Shown here: positions 1 through 14,416 of the stretch, in pieces | Position numbering within the stretch: position 1 is the stretch's first letter | How the letters are laid out: every line of letters starts with the position of its first letter | Source: Eledone cirrhosa | Lineage: Eukaryota | DNA: 64,000 nt | Direction of reading: 5' to 3' | NCBI GenBank assembly: GCA_964016885.1 | Contig: OZ024742.1 | Span: 311,612,001 to 311,676,000, forward strand | Notes under the pieces: generated by a model | Database searches by the model: none | Seen by the model: the letters and a program-made list of their open reading frames with translations, nothing else | What the model was told of the DNA's origin: nothing | Position numbers and translations under genes: made by a program

Positions 1-304
1 ATTAATCAGTCAATAGGATTGCTTAATTGAATTAAGTAATTAATTGCTAGGCATGGGAGATTAATACAATTATAATTTCAGTGAGATCGTATTTCGGCGG
101 TGGCCAAAACAAAACGAAATGCAATCTTCAAGATAATCCGGCAAGCACTCAATGAACTAAGAAGAAACCATAGCAATTAACATGTGTTATAACAAGTGAA
201 TCTTAAAATAAGCAATCATTATGTATAAGAATATTTATGTTTAATCAACAGCCACGAAATTTAGTACTAACATTATGTAATATTCATTCATTATTTATTC
301 AAAG

Positions 305-600
305 CGTAGAGTTACGGCCCCTGCCATTCTGAGTTGAAATCCCGCCGAGGTTAACTTTGCCTTTCATCCTTACGGGGTCGATAAAATAAAGTAGCAGTAA
401 TACACTGGGATAAATGCTGGCCTTGTGCCTAACGTAGAAACAATTATTTATTCAAAGCGGTGGATTGGCAGTATCGGTAGAGGGTCGGACGCCATGCTTA
501 GAGTTACGGCCCTTTAGGTCTGAGTTCAAATCCCGCCGAGGTTAACTTTACCTTTCATCCTTACGTGGTCTTGTGCCAAAAGTAGAAACAATTATTTATT
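305..600 (+). mobile_element. Two tandem copies of a tRNA-derived SINE (family S1) inserted in a Helitron-like repeat
   Basis: A-box-like TGGCAGTATCGG, B-box GAGTTCAAATCC, body GCCTTTCATCCTTACGGGGTCGATAAA and tail GGCCTTGTGCC..AGTAGAAACAATT. TTATTTATTCAAAG occurs before, between and after the copies (TSD-like). Flanks 240-304 and 600-680 match 60560-60700 in inverted orientation. Confidence 0.85.
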
Positions 601-859
601 CAAAGTAATCTAACTTATTTTACTAACGGGATAAAAAATATATATTCGGAACGCAGTCCCGCTTTATTATAGTTATAATTAGTAACCTTAAAATGCGCTT
701 CAAACCCATTTGAAATGTCTCAAGCAAAATTAGTAAATGGTAATAAGGACTTGGGAACGACAGGTAAACAGGTCTGGATTGGCAGGTACTCCAGTACTCT
801 GTAGGCTGGGCCCAGTCCATTATCGTACTACTGTGGTCAACACAAAAGAGTAAATACAC

Positions 860-1340
860 TATGAAACTTGTTTGCTAGAATGTGCGTACACTAGTGGACG
901 ACAACTTGATTCAAAGTATTGATTGCTCATAAATTGAACAATATTCATTTGATATAGGGGCTCTCTCTCTGAGACACGCCTACATGGAGATAGTCAGCTG
1001 AGTGAGCGGAGAAAGGTATAGCAGAAGGTCAAATGAGAGAATCAGGTGTTGGCTTAACTGTTAGAAACTCTCTCAACTCATCTTTTGAAAAATTATCATA
1101 GTGGTCCGTCAGAACGTATTATACGTGATGTCCACACTCTCAGGTGGGCGGAAATCCGGGCAATCACTTAGTGTGTGTTCTGCAGCCTGCTCTGGTGAGC
1201 CACATTAGCAAGTTTCTGATGGACGCAGACACCCCAGTGGTACATTGCTGCATTAAATGTACATTACATGTGTTTAACCGATTTAGGGACACACTCCTTC
1301 CGAGTGAGGTTGGCACCTGTGGGGAGGGCTGTATTGGGGT
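860..1340 (+). pseudogene. Decayed RTE-type LINE fragment (APE endonuclease N-terminus)
   Basis: Manual translation gives MKLVC*NVRTLVDD (WNVRTL motif), ALSETRLHGDSQLSE and ESGVGLTVRNSL..GPSERI, with stops and deletions. Confidence 0.55.
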
Positions 1341-1620
1341 TGACATAACCTGGTGCTAAACAACAACAACAACAATAACAACAGTTGGAATGTCATTGTG
1401 AGAAATATTCCAAATTTGAACCATAACCGGAACGTGATGAGTGACATATCTAACCCTCTCATAGCCATATTTTTAATGAAAGACACTCAGTGTGCTTTTC
1501 AAACCATTCAAATAGTTTCAAGAATATGGAGAGAATTAGTATTATTTTAATTTTTTATTTGTTACAGTTATAAGGTAGCGGCAAAGCTGGAGTACTGCAA
1601 CGAAAGGGGTTTAGTTGACA

Positions 1621-1943
1621 CTAGCAAAATGGTCCGGCGTTGCTCGGGATTTGCTCTAGGGTTCTTATATATTTGATATATATTTATCCTTCTCGAGCCT
1701 CGTGAAGTAAATACTTTTGTTTATATTTTGTTATTGTGTATGCAAAAATATCTGTACACGAATATATAAATAACAGTACAGAGAAGTACGGAATACTTCG
1801 GCCTCGGGTTGGTGTCTACATTTTGTGCTTATAAAATAAGTTCGTCGTACATTACCAGGTATTTTTCCCGTTCGAAGAAAATCAATATTTTATCGCGAAA
1901 TAAATACTTTTGTTTATATGTGTATGCAAAAATATCTGTACAC

Positions 1944-2009
<66 letters not shown>

Positions 2010-2309
2010 CGGAAGGTCTATTTCTTACTCGCTCATATATTCACCCAGCTTATACTGATAGAATAACCATGTAGCTTGTGTTTCTTTCTATCTTCGGTTA
2101 GCTTTCCCCTGTGTTGTTTACTTGTCTCACTCGCTTTACGCGTTTCAATTGTCCTAATAACTTATTTTAGTTATTATTGCACCAACGTGAGGTATATGAT
2201 TTTTAATGCAATGAAATACCAATGATCGTTGGCAAATCACTGATGAGGGACTCATTTTATAACATGTTATCCATGTGCAACCATGCAGTATTCTTCTCCC
2301 CATATTTTT

Positions 2310-2368
<59 letters not shown>

Positions 2369-2472
2369 CAGATTAAGCAAAGAATCGCTGCTTTCACCCT
2401 TAACGGGATCTTCTGAAACTAAAATAATAAATCTGTGAACGCAGAAGTAAATATTTCGAAAAACGTTACACA

Positions 2473-2514
<42 letters not shown>

Positions 2515-2858
2515 TATATATACATACACACACATACACACACACACATACACACACTGCGTCATAATGACGTAATGCAGACAGTCAGGCATACAGACAG
2601 ATATTATAAAGACGCAACGTAATATCTATGTATCTATCTAAAAAGAGAAAGACTAAGAGAGAGAGAAAGAGATCACTAAATCGCCTAATGCGGTCCCTAG
2701 AGCATTGAAAATTTGAAATTTTCTTTGCCCAGAACACTCAATAGGACCATAAGTATTTCATGTGTAAAGTTTGAAAACATTCGGTTGGGTGGTTCTCGAG
2801 TTTTAGTGATTGTACAGACAGACAGACAAACAGACATTCTCTGTTTTAGTAATATAGA
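1621..2858 (-). mobile_element. Non-autonomous Helitron-like element
   Basis: Minus strand starts A|TCTATATTACTAAAA followed by a (GTCT)n tract. It ends with hairpin CCCGAGCAACGCCGG then TGCTAG|T. This gives TC...CTAG termini inserted between A and T. Nested repeats lie inside. Confidence 0.65.
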
Positions 2859-3084
2859 TAATTAACCCTCGTTTTGATTTTAGTACATATTTTATCAGTC
2901 TCTTCCTGTCGGAGCGCAATGTCACGTGGGTGGAGACCATGCACACACACGCGCGTATTAAGTTCCCTTTGTTCCAATTGTAACCCCCCCACCCACACAC
3001 ACACATAATTGCGAATCAATAGGGTTTATGCTTTTATATTAAAAAATAGTAGCGGCTGCTATTATCATTGTTATTATTGTTATT

Positions 3085-3990
3085 AGGATGGATTTTGGCA
3101 GAATCGGTAGAGCATCTGATAACATGCTTTTCAGCATAGAGTTACGGCCCTTTACGTTCTGAAGTCATATCCCGCCGAGGTTAGCTTTGCCTTTGATCCT
3201 GACAGGGTCGATAAAATAAATTACCAGCAATGCACTGGGGTCGATTTAATCGACTTCCCCCAGATTACTGGCCTTGTGCCTAAATCAGAAACCATTTTTG
3301 TCATTAGGACGGATTTTGGCAGTATCGGTAGAGTGTCGGACACCATGCTTTGCGGCATCGAGTTACAGTCTTTTACGTTTTGAGTTCAAATCCCGCCGAG
3401 GTTAGATTTGCCTCTGATCCTTACGGAGTCGATAAATTAATGTACCAGTAATGCATTAAGGTCAATTAAAAAGAAAAAAGACTTTCCTCGTCCCCTAAAT
3501 TTTTGGCCTTGTGCCTCAATCAGACATCAATATTATTAGGCAGTATCGGTAGAGGGTCAGACGCCATGCTTTGCAGCATAGAATTACGGCCCTTCATCCT
3601 TACGGGGTCGATAAAATAAAGCACCAGTAACGTACTGGGGTCGATTTAATCGACTTTCCCCCTCCCCTTCAAATTTCTGGCCTTGTGCTTAAAGTAGAAA
3701 CAATTATTATTATTGTTGTTGTTGTTTGTCTTTTAACAGTGGAATTGGAACACAGAACCTAGAGGTTTGAAAAAAAAGTCTATATTTTATATCTTAATTT
3801 GCTGTGGATTGGCAGTATCGGTAGAACTGGACACCATGCTTTGCAGTATAGAGTTAGGGCACTTTACGGTCTGCGTTCAAATCCCGCCGATGTTAACTTT
3901 GCCTTTCATTCTTACGGGGTCAATGAAATAAAGTACCAGTAATGCACTGGCGTAATTGCTGGCCTTATGCCAAAAAGTAGAAACAATTAT
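3085..3990 (+). mobile_element. Cluster of four S1 SINE copies (~3085-3295, 3306-3530, 3538-3705, 3803-3990)
   Basis: Repeated A-box/B-box head, TTCATCCTTACGGGGTCGATAAA core and GGCCTTGTGCC tail. Confidence 0.85.
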
Positions 3991-4194
3991 CGTCTGCATT
4001 AGTGTACAGTTTCTAACGGCCTCTTCTTTTTCAAACAAAAGAGACTGCATTACTGGCAAGAATTCCAAAAACGAAATACTGACATTTCTTTTTTCATTCT
4101 GTTGTGTTTTTGTATTCCTTTATTCATTAGATGATTATAAACATCGAAGAACAATATGTCTGTTTAATTTGTTTGTGTATCCGCCTCTTGTGTG

Positions 4195-4840
<646 letters not shown>

Positions 4841-5130
4841 ATTTTAGTACAGCATAGACGAAGCTCTAGTATACGGCCAAGCTAGCGTGTATGCTTATTC
4901 GGTTTGTAGCTTTAGCACTCATATGAGGTAAGACCCCAGAGTATAACATTATGTTCAGACAGCTTAGCAAATTAGATATAGCAGTCAGCAGTCCGACCGC
5001 ATCACTTGAGCAACGAAAATACAGGACCCAGGTAAAGATTTTTTACTGATCTGGACATAACGCTGAGGCTGGGTGTAAAATATACAATCCACATGGTGTT
5101 TCCACAATATTGATCGCAAAATCGCACGCA

Positions 5131-5236
5131 GCGACAGCGCTAAGTTTCTGCAAATCCATGATCGACAAATTCCTATTGCAGGAATCTGCAATATAATGGT
5201 TTTTGACGACAGAACATAGGATTTACTTCTTCAGCA
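5131..5236 (-). ncRNA. Degenerate type I hammerhead with long rod-like stem II (pLTR remnant)
   Basis: Minus strand: CUGAAGA-A-GUAAAUCC...UAUUGCAG-AUUC-CUGCAAUA...GGAUUUGC-A-GAAAC-UUAGCGCU-GUC. Stem I pairs poorly. Confidence 0.5.
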
Positions 5237-5906
5237 AGTCTTTCGTTCTTAGCCAAAGCGGGTATGCTGTGACTTTAAAGGTCGCCACAGACACATGGTT
5301 TTGTCCGAAGGGAGGTAACCCCCGCTAAGGCGGTGTATTCTATTTTGAGATAAAGGAATGAATCCCCTTATTCAAACCGAATAAAGCACACGACTAGAAG
5401 TTATCAAACAAACTTAAACAATTAATTAATCAATAGAATCATCAAATAAAATTAATCAGTTAATCGTTAATTCTATATATATATATGTATACAATCGTTC
5501 TTACTGACTGTCGCTTATAGATGATGCCAAATTTCTCTAGATGTAACGCAAATGTTATTTATTAAAATATCATTCCCTTTCCTCTGACTCTCTCTCTCTA
5601 TATATATTAAATTATTTATACATTGTCAGTATTGTTAATTTTTGTGTCCTTCTCTATTCTCTTCCTTATATATACTTGTGACGTTGACATTGTATATAAA
5701 AAAAAAACGATTTTCTATCTGTATGCGAAAGAACCTCGAATGTTATAGGATTCAAATAATATTAAAGCGAAGGTGTGTGTAGGGAGGGGGGGGGGGGGCA
5801 GGGACAAGCCAACCTCACCTCCATGCGGTGGTTCCTAAGAAAGCAGTTGTTATAGTGCTTTGTAAACGAGGCTTTATGTATGAAAAAAGAAATATGCTGG
5901 TGAACG

Positions 5907-5941
<35 letters not shown>

Positions 5942-7194
5942 GATAAATATACATGGGTGTGTATGATTGTGTATAGAAGATTATATTAATAAAAGGAATT
6001 CCAACTTTGTCTGATTTACTCGTTTTATTTACAATCCTTTAAAATTTATAATGGTATTAGAATGAAATAGTATGGTAGAATATTAAATGTTAAGTGTTAA
6101 TTGAACAAGTACTTTCATGCTTTCGCAATCTTCAGGTGCATAATGTGTGGTGACAGTCAAGTTTGCAATTTTCAACTGTAATGAGATGGGTAAATTTTGT
6201 GCCTTATATACAGTGAAAAGTGGCTACAGAATGCTAAATCTTGCAAACTGTATTTCGACCAATCGGTGTGTAGTTTCACTGGATTACTAAAGCTGATTGA
6301 TTTAGGCGTCACGGTTGGTTGAGCATGTCAAACGACTACTATTTGACCCTATCCAAAGCATCAATTGTTTTGCTATTTTTAGAAATGATGAAAATAGCAT
6401 TTTCTAGTAATCATCACCATCAACATCACTTTTATTATTATTATTGTTGTTGTTGTTGTTAGTGGTCGTAGTCATAGTCATAGTAGGATTAATACCCCAT
6501 TATTATTGTTCATTTAGCAAGAAAGTTATGGCAGCAGAAACAATTATTTCTCGACGAATATGCTGCAAATTACGGTAAAGACTCTGGAACTCTGAGAAAA
6601 AGCATTAAAAGTGGACAATCTCACCAACACAACATACGCCAGAACACGTGCCAACACAAACACTCACCTTACCTTGAATCAAAGAAGAACTACGGTAAGA
6701 ACTCTTCGCTTTTTCTACAAAAACACCCTAACGCACACAACATGAACAAAAAGCACAAACACGATAGATATTCCTTTGACCAGACCATGAGAAGTAGAAA
6801 AACCGGGGGATCATTCTCAAGATCTCAACAGAGACTACCCTCAAGGAACGGGAAAAAAACGTAGAATAACCAGATCACTCTCACGATCTCAACAGAGATT
6901 ACTCACAAGAAACTGGGCGAAAAAACGATCTAAACCTGAAAGCAAACCTAGGTCATTTCCCCAGATTGTTAAAAATAATGCTAACAAGAAATGGAAAAAT
7001 AATATACATAATACCAAAAATAGGACAAAAAACATAACGAAACCAAATATAATATCACGACCAAAAGATCATCAAGCAAACACCAACAGGAATATAAATC
7101 CTGAACAGAGAAAAATCCATTTTTTAACGTCAAGACAACAAAAACCGGAAAAAGAAAAACTCCAGGAGGAAACATACCCAAAACAACTGTACAC

Positions 7195-9391
7195 GTAGAT
7201 CCTAAAATAATTAATTTATCTAAAAGAGATCTTGACAATGATGAAATGCAAATTCTGTCAAAAGGACTGAAATTCACACCGACTCCAACAATCAACCTCC
7301 AAGAACTGAAGGAGGATACCCAAGAATTCTGTCGAAAATTACGTCTTGTAGAATTCTTCGCTGATAAAAGTAATGAGAGTGATGAATCACTAGTAAAGAA
7401 TAAATCAAATTTCACTCCGCCAAAAGGAAGAAATATCTATCTCGACCAATACATTGAAATCCTGTCTAAATTTCCTCTTAAACGTAATACTAATGTCAGG
7501 CCAAACATTAACAATTCAGAAATGTCTGCACTTAAACGTATACAAAATGATAAAACAATAATAATTAAACAAGCAGATAAAGGGGTGCAGTTGTTATAAT
7601 GGATGCTGAATACTACAAAGATGTGGTTGAGGAACAACTGAAAGACACAACATTCTATCATGAAATACTGTCAAATATAGACCACAACATCATGAAGATC
7701 AACAACCTGGCTTCAAAATACCACAACTCACTTACTGATAAGGAAAGAGACTACATCACCAATTTTGAGCCAAAACCCAGCAACCTGTATGGCCTACCGA
7801 ATGTTCATAAGTCAAAAGAAATACAACTGGCAGTAAAAGAACAAAACAGTGAGTACATTAAATTACTACACCCAAAAGACTTAAAACTTATACCTATTAT
7901 AGCTAGTCCAACATGCCCCACCCACCGTCTAAGCACATACCCAGTTTCATCCGGGATGATATCGACTTCCTGTCCCATCTTCCCCAAACCACGGAAACGA
8001 ATTCACTTCTACTTAGTTTTGATGTGGTAAGCCTTTACACCAACATTACACATGATTTAGGAATAAAGGCGGTTAAATACTGGGTGGAAAAACATAGAGA
8101 AGTGATTCCCATCAGATTCACAGCGCCATTTATATTAGACGCAGTCAAACTTATTCTGGAAAACAACATTTTCTTCTTCAATGGAAAGAATTACATCCAA
8201 ATTAGAGGCACAGCGATGGGAACGAAGTTTGCTCCCGTTTACGCGAACTCTGTAATGGGATACTTAAAACAACAACTCTACCAAGAAATAGAGGAAAAAT
8301 ATAGTACTGACTTTAGAAAGTACATTGAAAAATCTTGGAAGAGATACCTTCATGACTGTTTCATCATCTGGACAGAATCTCTAGATACTCTGGATGAGTT
8401 CAATATCCTCCTGAATAACCTACACCCATCTCTCCAATTCACAAAAGAGATGAGTAGTACCAAATTACCATTCCCAGATATAATGTAATAAAAAACGACA
8501 CCACCATTACCACGGATATATATTATAAACACACAGAAACCCATCAATATCTGAATTTTAAGTCGTGCCATCCACCTCATACAAAACGCAACATCCCATA
8601 CTGCCTTGCCAGAAGAATTTGTACCATTGTAGAAGATACGAATACCAGGAACAAACGCCTAACAGAACTAAGAGAATTTTTGCTCAAACAAAAATACCCA
8701 TCTCTACTTATAGAAAATGGCATACAGCGGGCTATAAAAATACCTATACAACAACTCAGGACAACCCAAGGAAGAAGAAACCAAGAACTGGTCATACCAT
8801 TTATAATGACACACAATCTATGTCACCAGAATATCTTCAACACTGCCAAAGCGATACCTACCGATCATTGTTCAAAGTAATGAATTAAAAGGCTTAATCA
8901 CATGTCGATCTTTGACTCTTAGTAAAAGACAGCCGAAAAATTTGAAGCAATTACTAACAAAAGCAAAGTTTGACCTTAACAACAAAGACCAATCATTCAC
9001 TGTATCTAAATGCAATGATAATCGATGTGGCACATGTCAATCCATACACACCGGTCAATATATGAAAACAAAAACTGTAAACATATTCCCAAATGCAAAT
9101 ATGAACTGCAAAAGCAGAAATCTAATTAACTGCATTAAATGCCCGAATTGTGAAGAACTATATGTCGGTCAAACTGGAAATGCACTATCGGAACGTGCAC
9201 GGGTACACCGACAGCAAATCAGAGACCCAAATGTCCGTCAGATACCCCTGAGTAATCATCTATCAACATGTGGTCAGAGAATATTTATAATATTTCCATT
9301 CTACAAATTACACAACCCAAGTGAAATCAAGAGAAAAATCAAAGAAAAGAATTTTATTGATAAATTCCAACCCAAGCTAAATGAACAATAA
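7195..9391 (+). pseudogene. Frameshifted PLE RT + GIY-YIG endonuclease
   Basis: Motifs INLS..LSKGLKFTP, IIKQADKG, LYGLPNVHK, SFDVVSLYTNI, GTAMGTKFAP and RYLHD (catalytic YxDD mutated). CNDNRCGTC linker, then IKCPNCEELYVGQTG..R..H. Split over five or more ORF pieces. Confidence 0.9.
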
Positions 9392-9744
9392 TAATGGAGT
9401 ATTAATCCTACTATGACTATGACTACGACCACTAACAACAATAATAATAATAAAAGTGATGTTGATGGTGATGATTACTAGAAAATGCTATTTTCATCAT
9501 TTCTAAAAATAGCAAAACAATTGATGCTTTGGATAGGGTCAAATAGTAGTCGTTTGACATGCTCAACCAACCGTGACGCCTAAATCAATCAGCTTTAGTA
9601 ATCCAGTGAAACTACACACCGATTGGTCGAAATACAGTTTGCAAGATTTAGCATTCTGTAGCCACTTTTCACTGTATATAAGGCACAAAATTTACCCATC
9701 TCATTACAGTTGAAAATTGCAAACTTGACTGTCACCACACATTA

Positions 9745-9783
9745 TGCACCTGAAGATTGCGAAAGCATGAAAGTACTTGTTCA
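9745..9783 (+). ncRNA. Minimal hammerhead in the PLE-1 pLTR (inverted copy at 6102-6140, minus strand)
   Basis: UGCAC-CUGAAGA-UUGC GAAA GCAU-GAAA-GUAC-UU-GUUCA. Palindromic AAGUACUU stem III; stem I has one mismatch. Confidence 0.65.
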
Positions 9784-9895
9784 ATTAACACTTAACATTT
9801 AATATTCTACCATACTATTTCATTCTAATACCATTATAAATTTTAAAGGATTGTAAATAAAACGAGTAAATCAGACAAAGCTGGAATTCCTTTTA

Positions 9896-9929
<34 letters not shown>

Positions 9930-9983
9930 GAATGGAATGTAACACATTCCAGAAATTCAGCATGTGATAGCTGCATACATACG

Positions 9984-10019
<36 letters not shown>

Positions 10020-10195
10020 CGTTTATTACAAAAGCAATATTAAGAAATTGGAAACATAGGTGTAGAATTAAAACACCTCAAAATACAGTAATTTATTAAT
10101 AAACAGTTCAAAAGACTGTTTCATGCTTGTTTGAAAAATCTTTTCCAACAAGGATGTGTACAAAATCATAATTACGCATGAAGCAAATTATTCAT

Positions 10196-10337
<142 letters not shown>

Positions 10338-10519
10338 TGTGTGTGTGTGAGTCTAAGGTTATATTAGAGTCGACCAATATATATCTTGGTGAAGATTATA
10401 GAAGCTCGATCTCGATGCTAATCAGTATCCTTGGTCAATTGGTAATCCAAAAGGCTGATATAGACATGGTGGCTACCAACTCGTTTTCGAGTACGACCAC
10501 TACTTTATATCCATGTAGG

Positions 10520-11020
10520 AGAACCCCTACCGATGCGCTGAACGAGTGTGACGTTTTAGTCCAGCCAGCGACTTGAAAACTCTGGTACAAACACTACACT
10601 TGTAGCAATTATTGACACATATTACTGGGCCCATGGTACCCTGTGACGACAAGTGCAGAGAGATCTCCAGATATGAAGCAATGCCTGTGCCGTGAACTTT
10701 TATAGTGAGCAAAGGCACTGCACAAAGCCAGTCCCACTCTCTTAACCAAGATGATATTTACCAAAAAGAAGAACAAGTCAACATCATTGGATACCATCAG
10801 GGTTGCAGGTGTTATATCAGAGTTTTCCTTCTCTTAGAATTTTGCCTTGACAAAGGCTAAGGGGTCATCTCTCCCGGTGATTTTGGATGGCCATTGACTC
10901 TTAAGAGCTCCTTTGCCCTTTGATAGGTTTTGTTTTTAGTCCTGCAGGATGTCTAAAGTCACCCTCCTCACCAAGAAACCTTGGTGGGGTTGCCAGTTTA
11001 GTCGCCAACGACCCGACCAC
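10520..11020 (-). mobile_element. Internally deleted RTE-type LINE remnant (5' UTR-like segment joined to C-terminal zinc finger)
   Basis: ORF 10527-10718 ends YKCSVCTRVFKSLAGLKRHTRSAH, a C2H2 finger typical of RTE ORF ends. Upstream is CTAAGAGAAGGAAAACTCTGA, a motif resembling RTE 5' UTRs. Confidence 0.45.
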
Positions 11021-11146
11021 GAGACAGGTTGTATTGGGATACATGTTACCAGTAGCACCAATGATATTGTATACATGTTACCAGTAGCAAAATGTAATAG
11101 ACATACATACCTACATACATATATATATACATATATATATACATAC

Positions 11147-11232
<86 letters not shown>

Positions 11233-11234
<2 letters not shown>

Positions 11235-12197
11235 CGAGTGGTCGTTTCCGCTCGCGCGGGTACCACTCGGCAACTGCGCGGGTCCACCGATTATTGGTGA
11301 ACCGGGCGACATGTCCAGCCAATCTGAACTTGCTGCGCATATATTCCGTGATGACGTCCCTCACGCCGGACTTCTGTCTGATGACTTCGCTCTTGATGTG
11401 CTCTCTCAACCAGATTCCTAGCATTGATCTCTCCATGGCTCTTTGAGCCGTTACCAGCCTCTGCTCCTCTCTCTTCGTTGTAGCCCAAGTTTCACTGCCA
11501 TATAACATTGCAGGTAAAACTGTGCTATTGAAGAGGTTGGCGCGAGTGGTCTTGTCCAACCTCCCCTTGAGCACATCCCTTATGCCGTTGAACGCCTTTC
11601 CTCCGGCCCTTATTCTCCGCGAGATCTCCCTCTCAATGTCTCGGCGCATGTTCACTTCTTGTCCCAGGTAGACGTATTCCTCCACCTCCTCTACTTCATC
11701 ACCGCCAACCTCCATTCGACCTGTTGGTACGTTGTCGGACCGCATGAACTTCGTTTTCATGCGTTTCATCTTGAGGCCTACTGCAGAACTTTTGATGTCG
11801 AGCTCCGTCAGCATGGTCTGAAGCTAATCCGTGGTTTCAGCGATGAGTACGATGTCATCAGCGAAACAGAGGTGGGTAAGTATCTCACCGTTGATGTTGA
11901 CACCGCCTTGCCAGTCAATGCCTCTGATGATCTGCTCGAGACACGCGGTGAAAAGTTTTGGAGAGATTGTATCTCCTTGCTTCACTCCCTTCTCGACCGG
12001 GACTCGTACGGGTGATGACAGCAGAGCTATGTCGGTGGTGCATCCGGAACTCGCCTATCTGAGGAAGGCCTCCACGAGAATACGATTGGGAATACATGGA
12101 TGAGGAAAGCACGATCCAGAAAGGAATGGACGGCGTGCTGTGACCAGCCGCGCTGAATGGACGCCCAACAGACTGGTCGGTCAAGGTGATCAAGGTG
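11233..12197 (-). pseudogene. RTE-clade LINE reverse transcriptase C-terminal fragment
   Basis: KGVKQGDTISPKLFTACLE, HLCFADDIVL, YVYLGQ, PAMLYGSETW and LAGHVAR..RWT. One in-frame stop. GC-rich and flanked by (TA)n on both sides. Confidence 0.85.
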
Positions 12198-12217
12198 ATA
12201 TATATATATATATATAT

Positions 12218-12538
12218 AGTGTACTCCCGGCATTCGCGGTCCCGGTTATTCGTGGCATTTTCTTTAGAACCTAACTAATGATTATGCGTGGAAACCACTG
12301 CATATTCGCGGAATCATAAATATCTTGCGCTAATTTTTTATGGCTTTTTTCGTGGCACTATATATTTTTTCACGCTTTTTAACGCTAAATTATTAATAAC
12401 AATATACCGTCTTTGCCGGCCTATATTTTACGTTATATTTTGACGTTTATAGGCATTTTTATGGACCACATCCAATATTCACGGTTTCCCACTCTTTGCG
12501 GGTACTCTATGGACGTAACCTCCACGAATACCTGTATA
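12218..12538. mobile_element. pogo/Tc1-mariner-type MITE (related partial inverted copy at 23102-23348)
   Basis: Degenerate TIR-like ends (..CCCGG(C/T)ATTCGCGG / ..CGAATACC) in TA context. About 250 bp is homologous to 23102-23348. Confidence 0.55.
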
Positions 12539-12559
12539 CGCGTATATATGTATACACTC

Positions 12560-14135
12560 CAGATTGTAATTTACCGCACATCATTACAAAACAACACAAA
12601 AACAAACATACAGAACATCAACACAAAAACCAAAGCCAGCCCCAAGTGAAATATAGTCTCAAACATACCAACACCTATAACAAAATGGATAACGGCATTC
12701 GAAGTATAATAAAAGATAATATTGACACATTACAGATAACTAGGATACGGGGAGCGAATAGGAATACGAAACACCTCACCAATAGTTCAAAGCACACAAA
12801 CTCAACTTAGTCGACCTGCCATAATAACCTTTTCAAGGAATCTAGGAAAGGAGGACAAAATTTAGAACCGAAAAGATCAAACGACCCAAAAGAGCACAAC
12901 ATAAAGCACATACACGACAAATAACACACGATCCAAAAGGATGGAAGATAAACCTAATGCAATAGCAAACACGAATGTAGGAAGTCATAAGATGGCTCAA
13001 CAAAAAAGAGAGCCAGATCAAGGGAAATAACATGGTATAGCCCACCGACATTAGCAAATTTAAAAACCAATATAGCCTACCTGGTTTTCAAAGCCATAAA
13101 TAAATACTTTACTAAATAACACAGGTACCATAGAATCTTTAATAGGCATTCAGTGGAATTACCTTACGCCACAACTAAAAACTTAGCAAGAAACATAGCA
13201 AAAATAAATAATAATAGATTAGCAAGGAAGATAACAGGGATGAAAAGACACAAACAACCGATACCACAACACCAAACGAAACCTAAGGGGGACCCATAAA
13301 TGAACATACAAAAGCAGATGGGGCCTGAGTACACGCTAGTAACAGCAGAGCAGCCACACAACAAACTAGAATATGTATAACAGAATTTAACTGTAGAGAC
13401 AAAAGAAATTGTCTCCTGCAGAACAGATGCCTGAGGAAAAATACAGTATATCAATGCACTGCAACAAAATTCAAGGAGAGATTGTATAACCATAAACATA
13501 CTTTTAACAGAATAGACAAGAAGAAAAGTACTGCCTTATCCGAATTGATCTGGCACATCATGAATGAGAACATTAAACATATGCTATCCTGGACTGTATT
13601 AAAAACAGTACACCAATACAAGGGAGGGGAACTGGGTGACACGTGTGATTTATGTACGACTGAAACTATGGAAATTATTAGGGTAGGAGATAAAGTTATC
13701 AACAGAAGAGCAAACATATTCGATACATGTACACGTAAATTATATAAGACATTTCTAAGATTATATGGGTAAACTTATGATAACTCTGCAACATAAATAA
13801 AATAGTTATATATGAAAAGTTAAACCCAAACATAATTACGTATAGGGCTATAAGTAAAATAATTAAATTAATTACATTGATTAAACTAATGACAGTTACA
13901 GAACTAGAGAGAGCCACAAAGAACAAGGTAGTTCTTACACAGCGAAACTGCAGTCGGGACCTGCTTATTTCAGAGCGTTTGCTTGAATAAAAAAAAAGAC
14001 GCATTAACTCATGAAAGAAGAGCTTTTATCTAAGTAAAAATTGACATCTTGGAATTATTCTTGGCGTACTTACTTCATGAATCGTTAGCGTCGATGACTG
14101 CTTCAATACAAGGTTTGAAACGACGTCATGCTAGA
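12560..14135 (+). pseudogene. Old PLE 3' fragment related to PLE-2, ending in a degenerate hammerhead (14086-14133)
   Basis: NCRDKRNCLLQNRCL, YNHKHTF..STALSELIW and CDLCTTE motifs match the PLE-2 endonuclease region. UAGCGU-CGAUGA...GAAAC-GAC-GUC-AUGCUA is an HHR-like terminus. Confidence 0.65.
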
Positions 14136-14139
14136 ATTA

Positions 14140-14255
14140 ATTGAAAAGTAAAGCTAACGTCGGTGGGATTTGAAATCAGAACGTAAAAGAACTTAATTGT
14201 AGGTCGTAAAGTTTGATGCCCGACGCTCTACCGATACTGCTAATCCACCTCCCTC
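14140..14255 (-). mobile_element. Partial S1 SINE head
   Basis: Reverse complement of GGATTAGCAGTATCGGTAGAGCGTCGG...TTTCAAATCCCACCG. Confidence 0.7.
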
Positions 14256-14262
14256 ACGAATA

Positions 14263-14416
14263 CAGTGAAATTCCGTTATAACAAAATTCACCGGGTATAA
14301 AAAATTCGTTGTAACGAAACATTCTTTATTACAAGATCGACCGAAAGAAATCGAGTGTTTGTTTGGGGATTGAAAAAAAATCGTTATAATGGTAAGTTAT
14401 AACGGAATTTTACCCG
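14263..14416. mobile_element. ~155-bp pogo-like MITE
   Basis: TIRs CAGTGAAATTCCGTTATAAC / GTTATAACGGAATTTTACCCG, flanked by TA on both sides. Confidence 0.7.

Larger units (their letters stand above)
5983..9903 (+). mobile_element. Penelope-like element PLE-1 (Neptune-like) with inverted 5' pLTR
   Basis: 5983-6518 is a near-perfect inverted copy of 9376-9903. RT and GIY-YIG remnants lie between them, and the 3' end runs into (TA)n. Confidence 0.9.
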
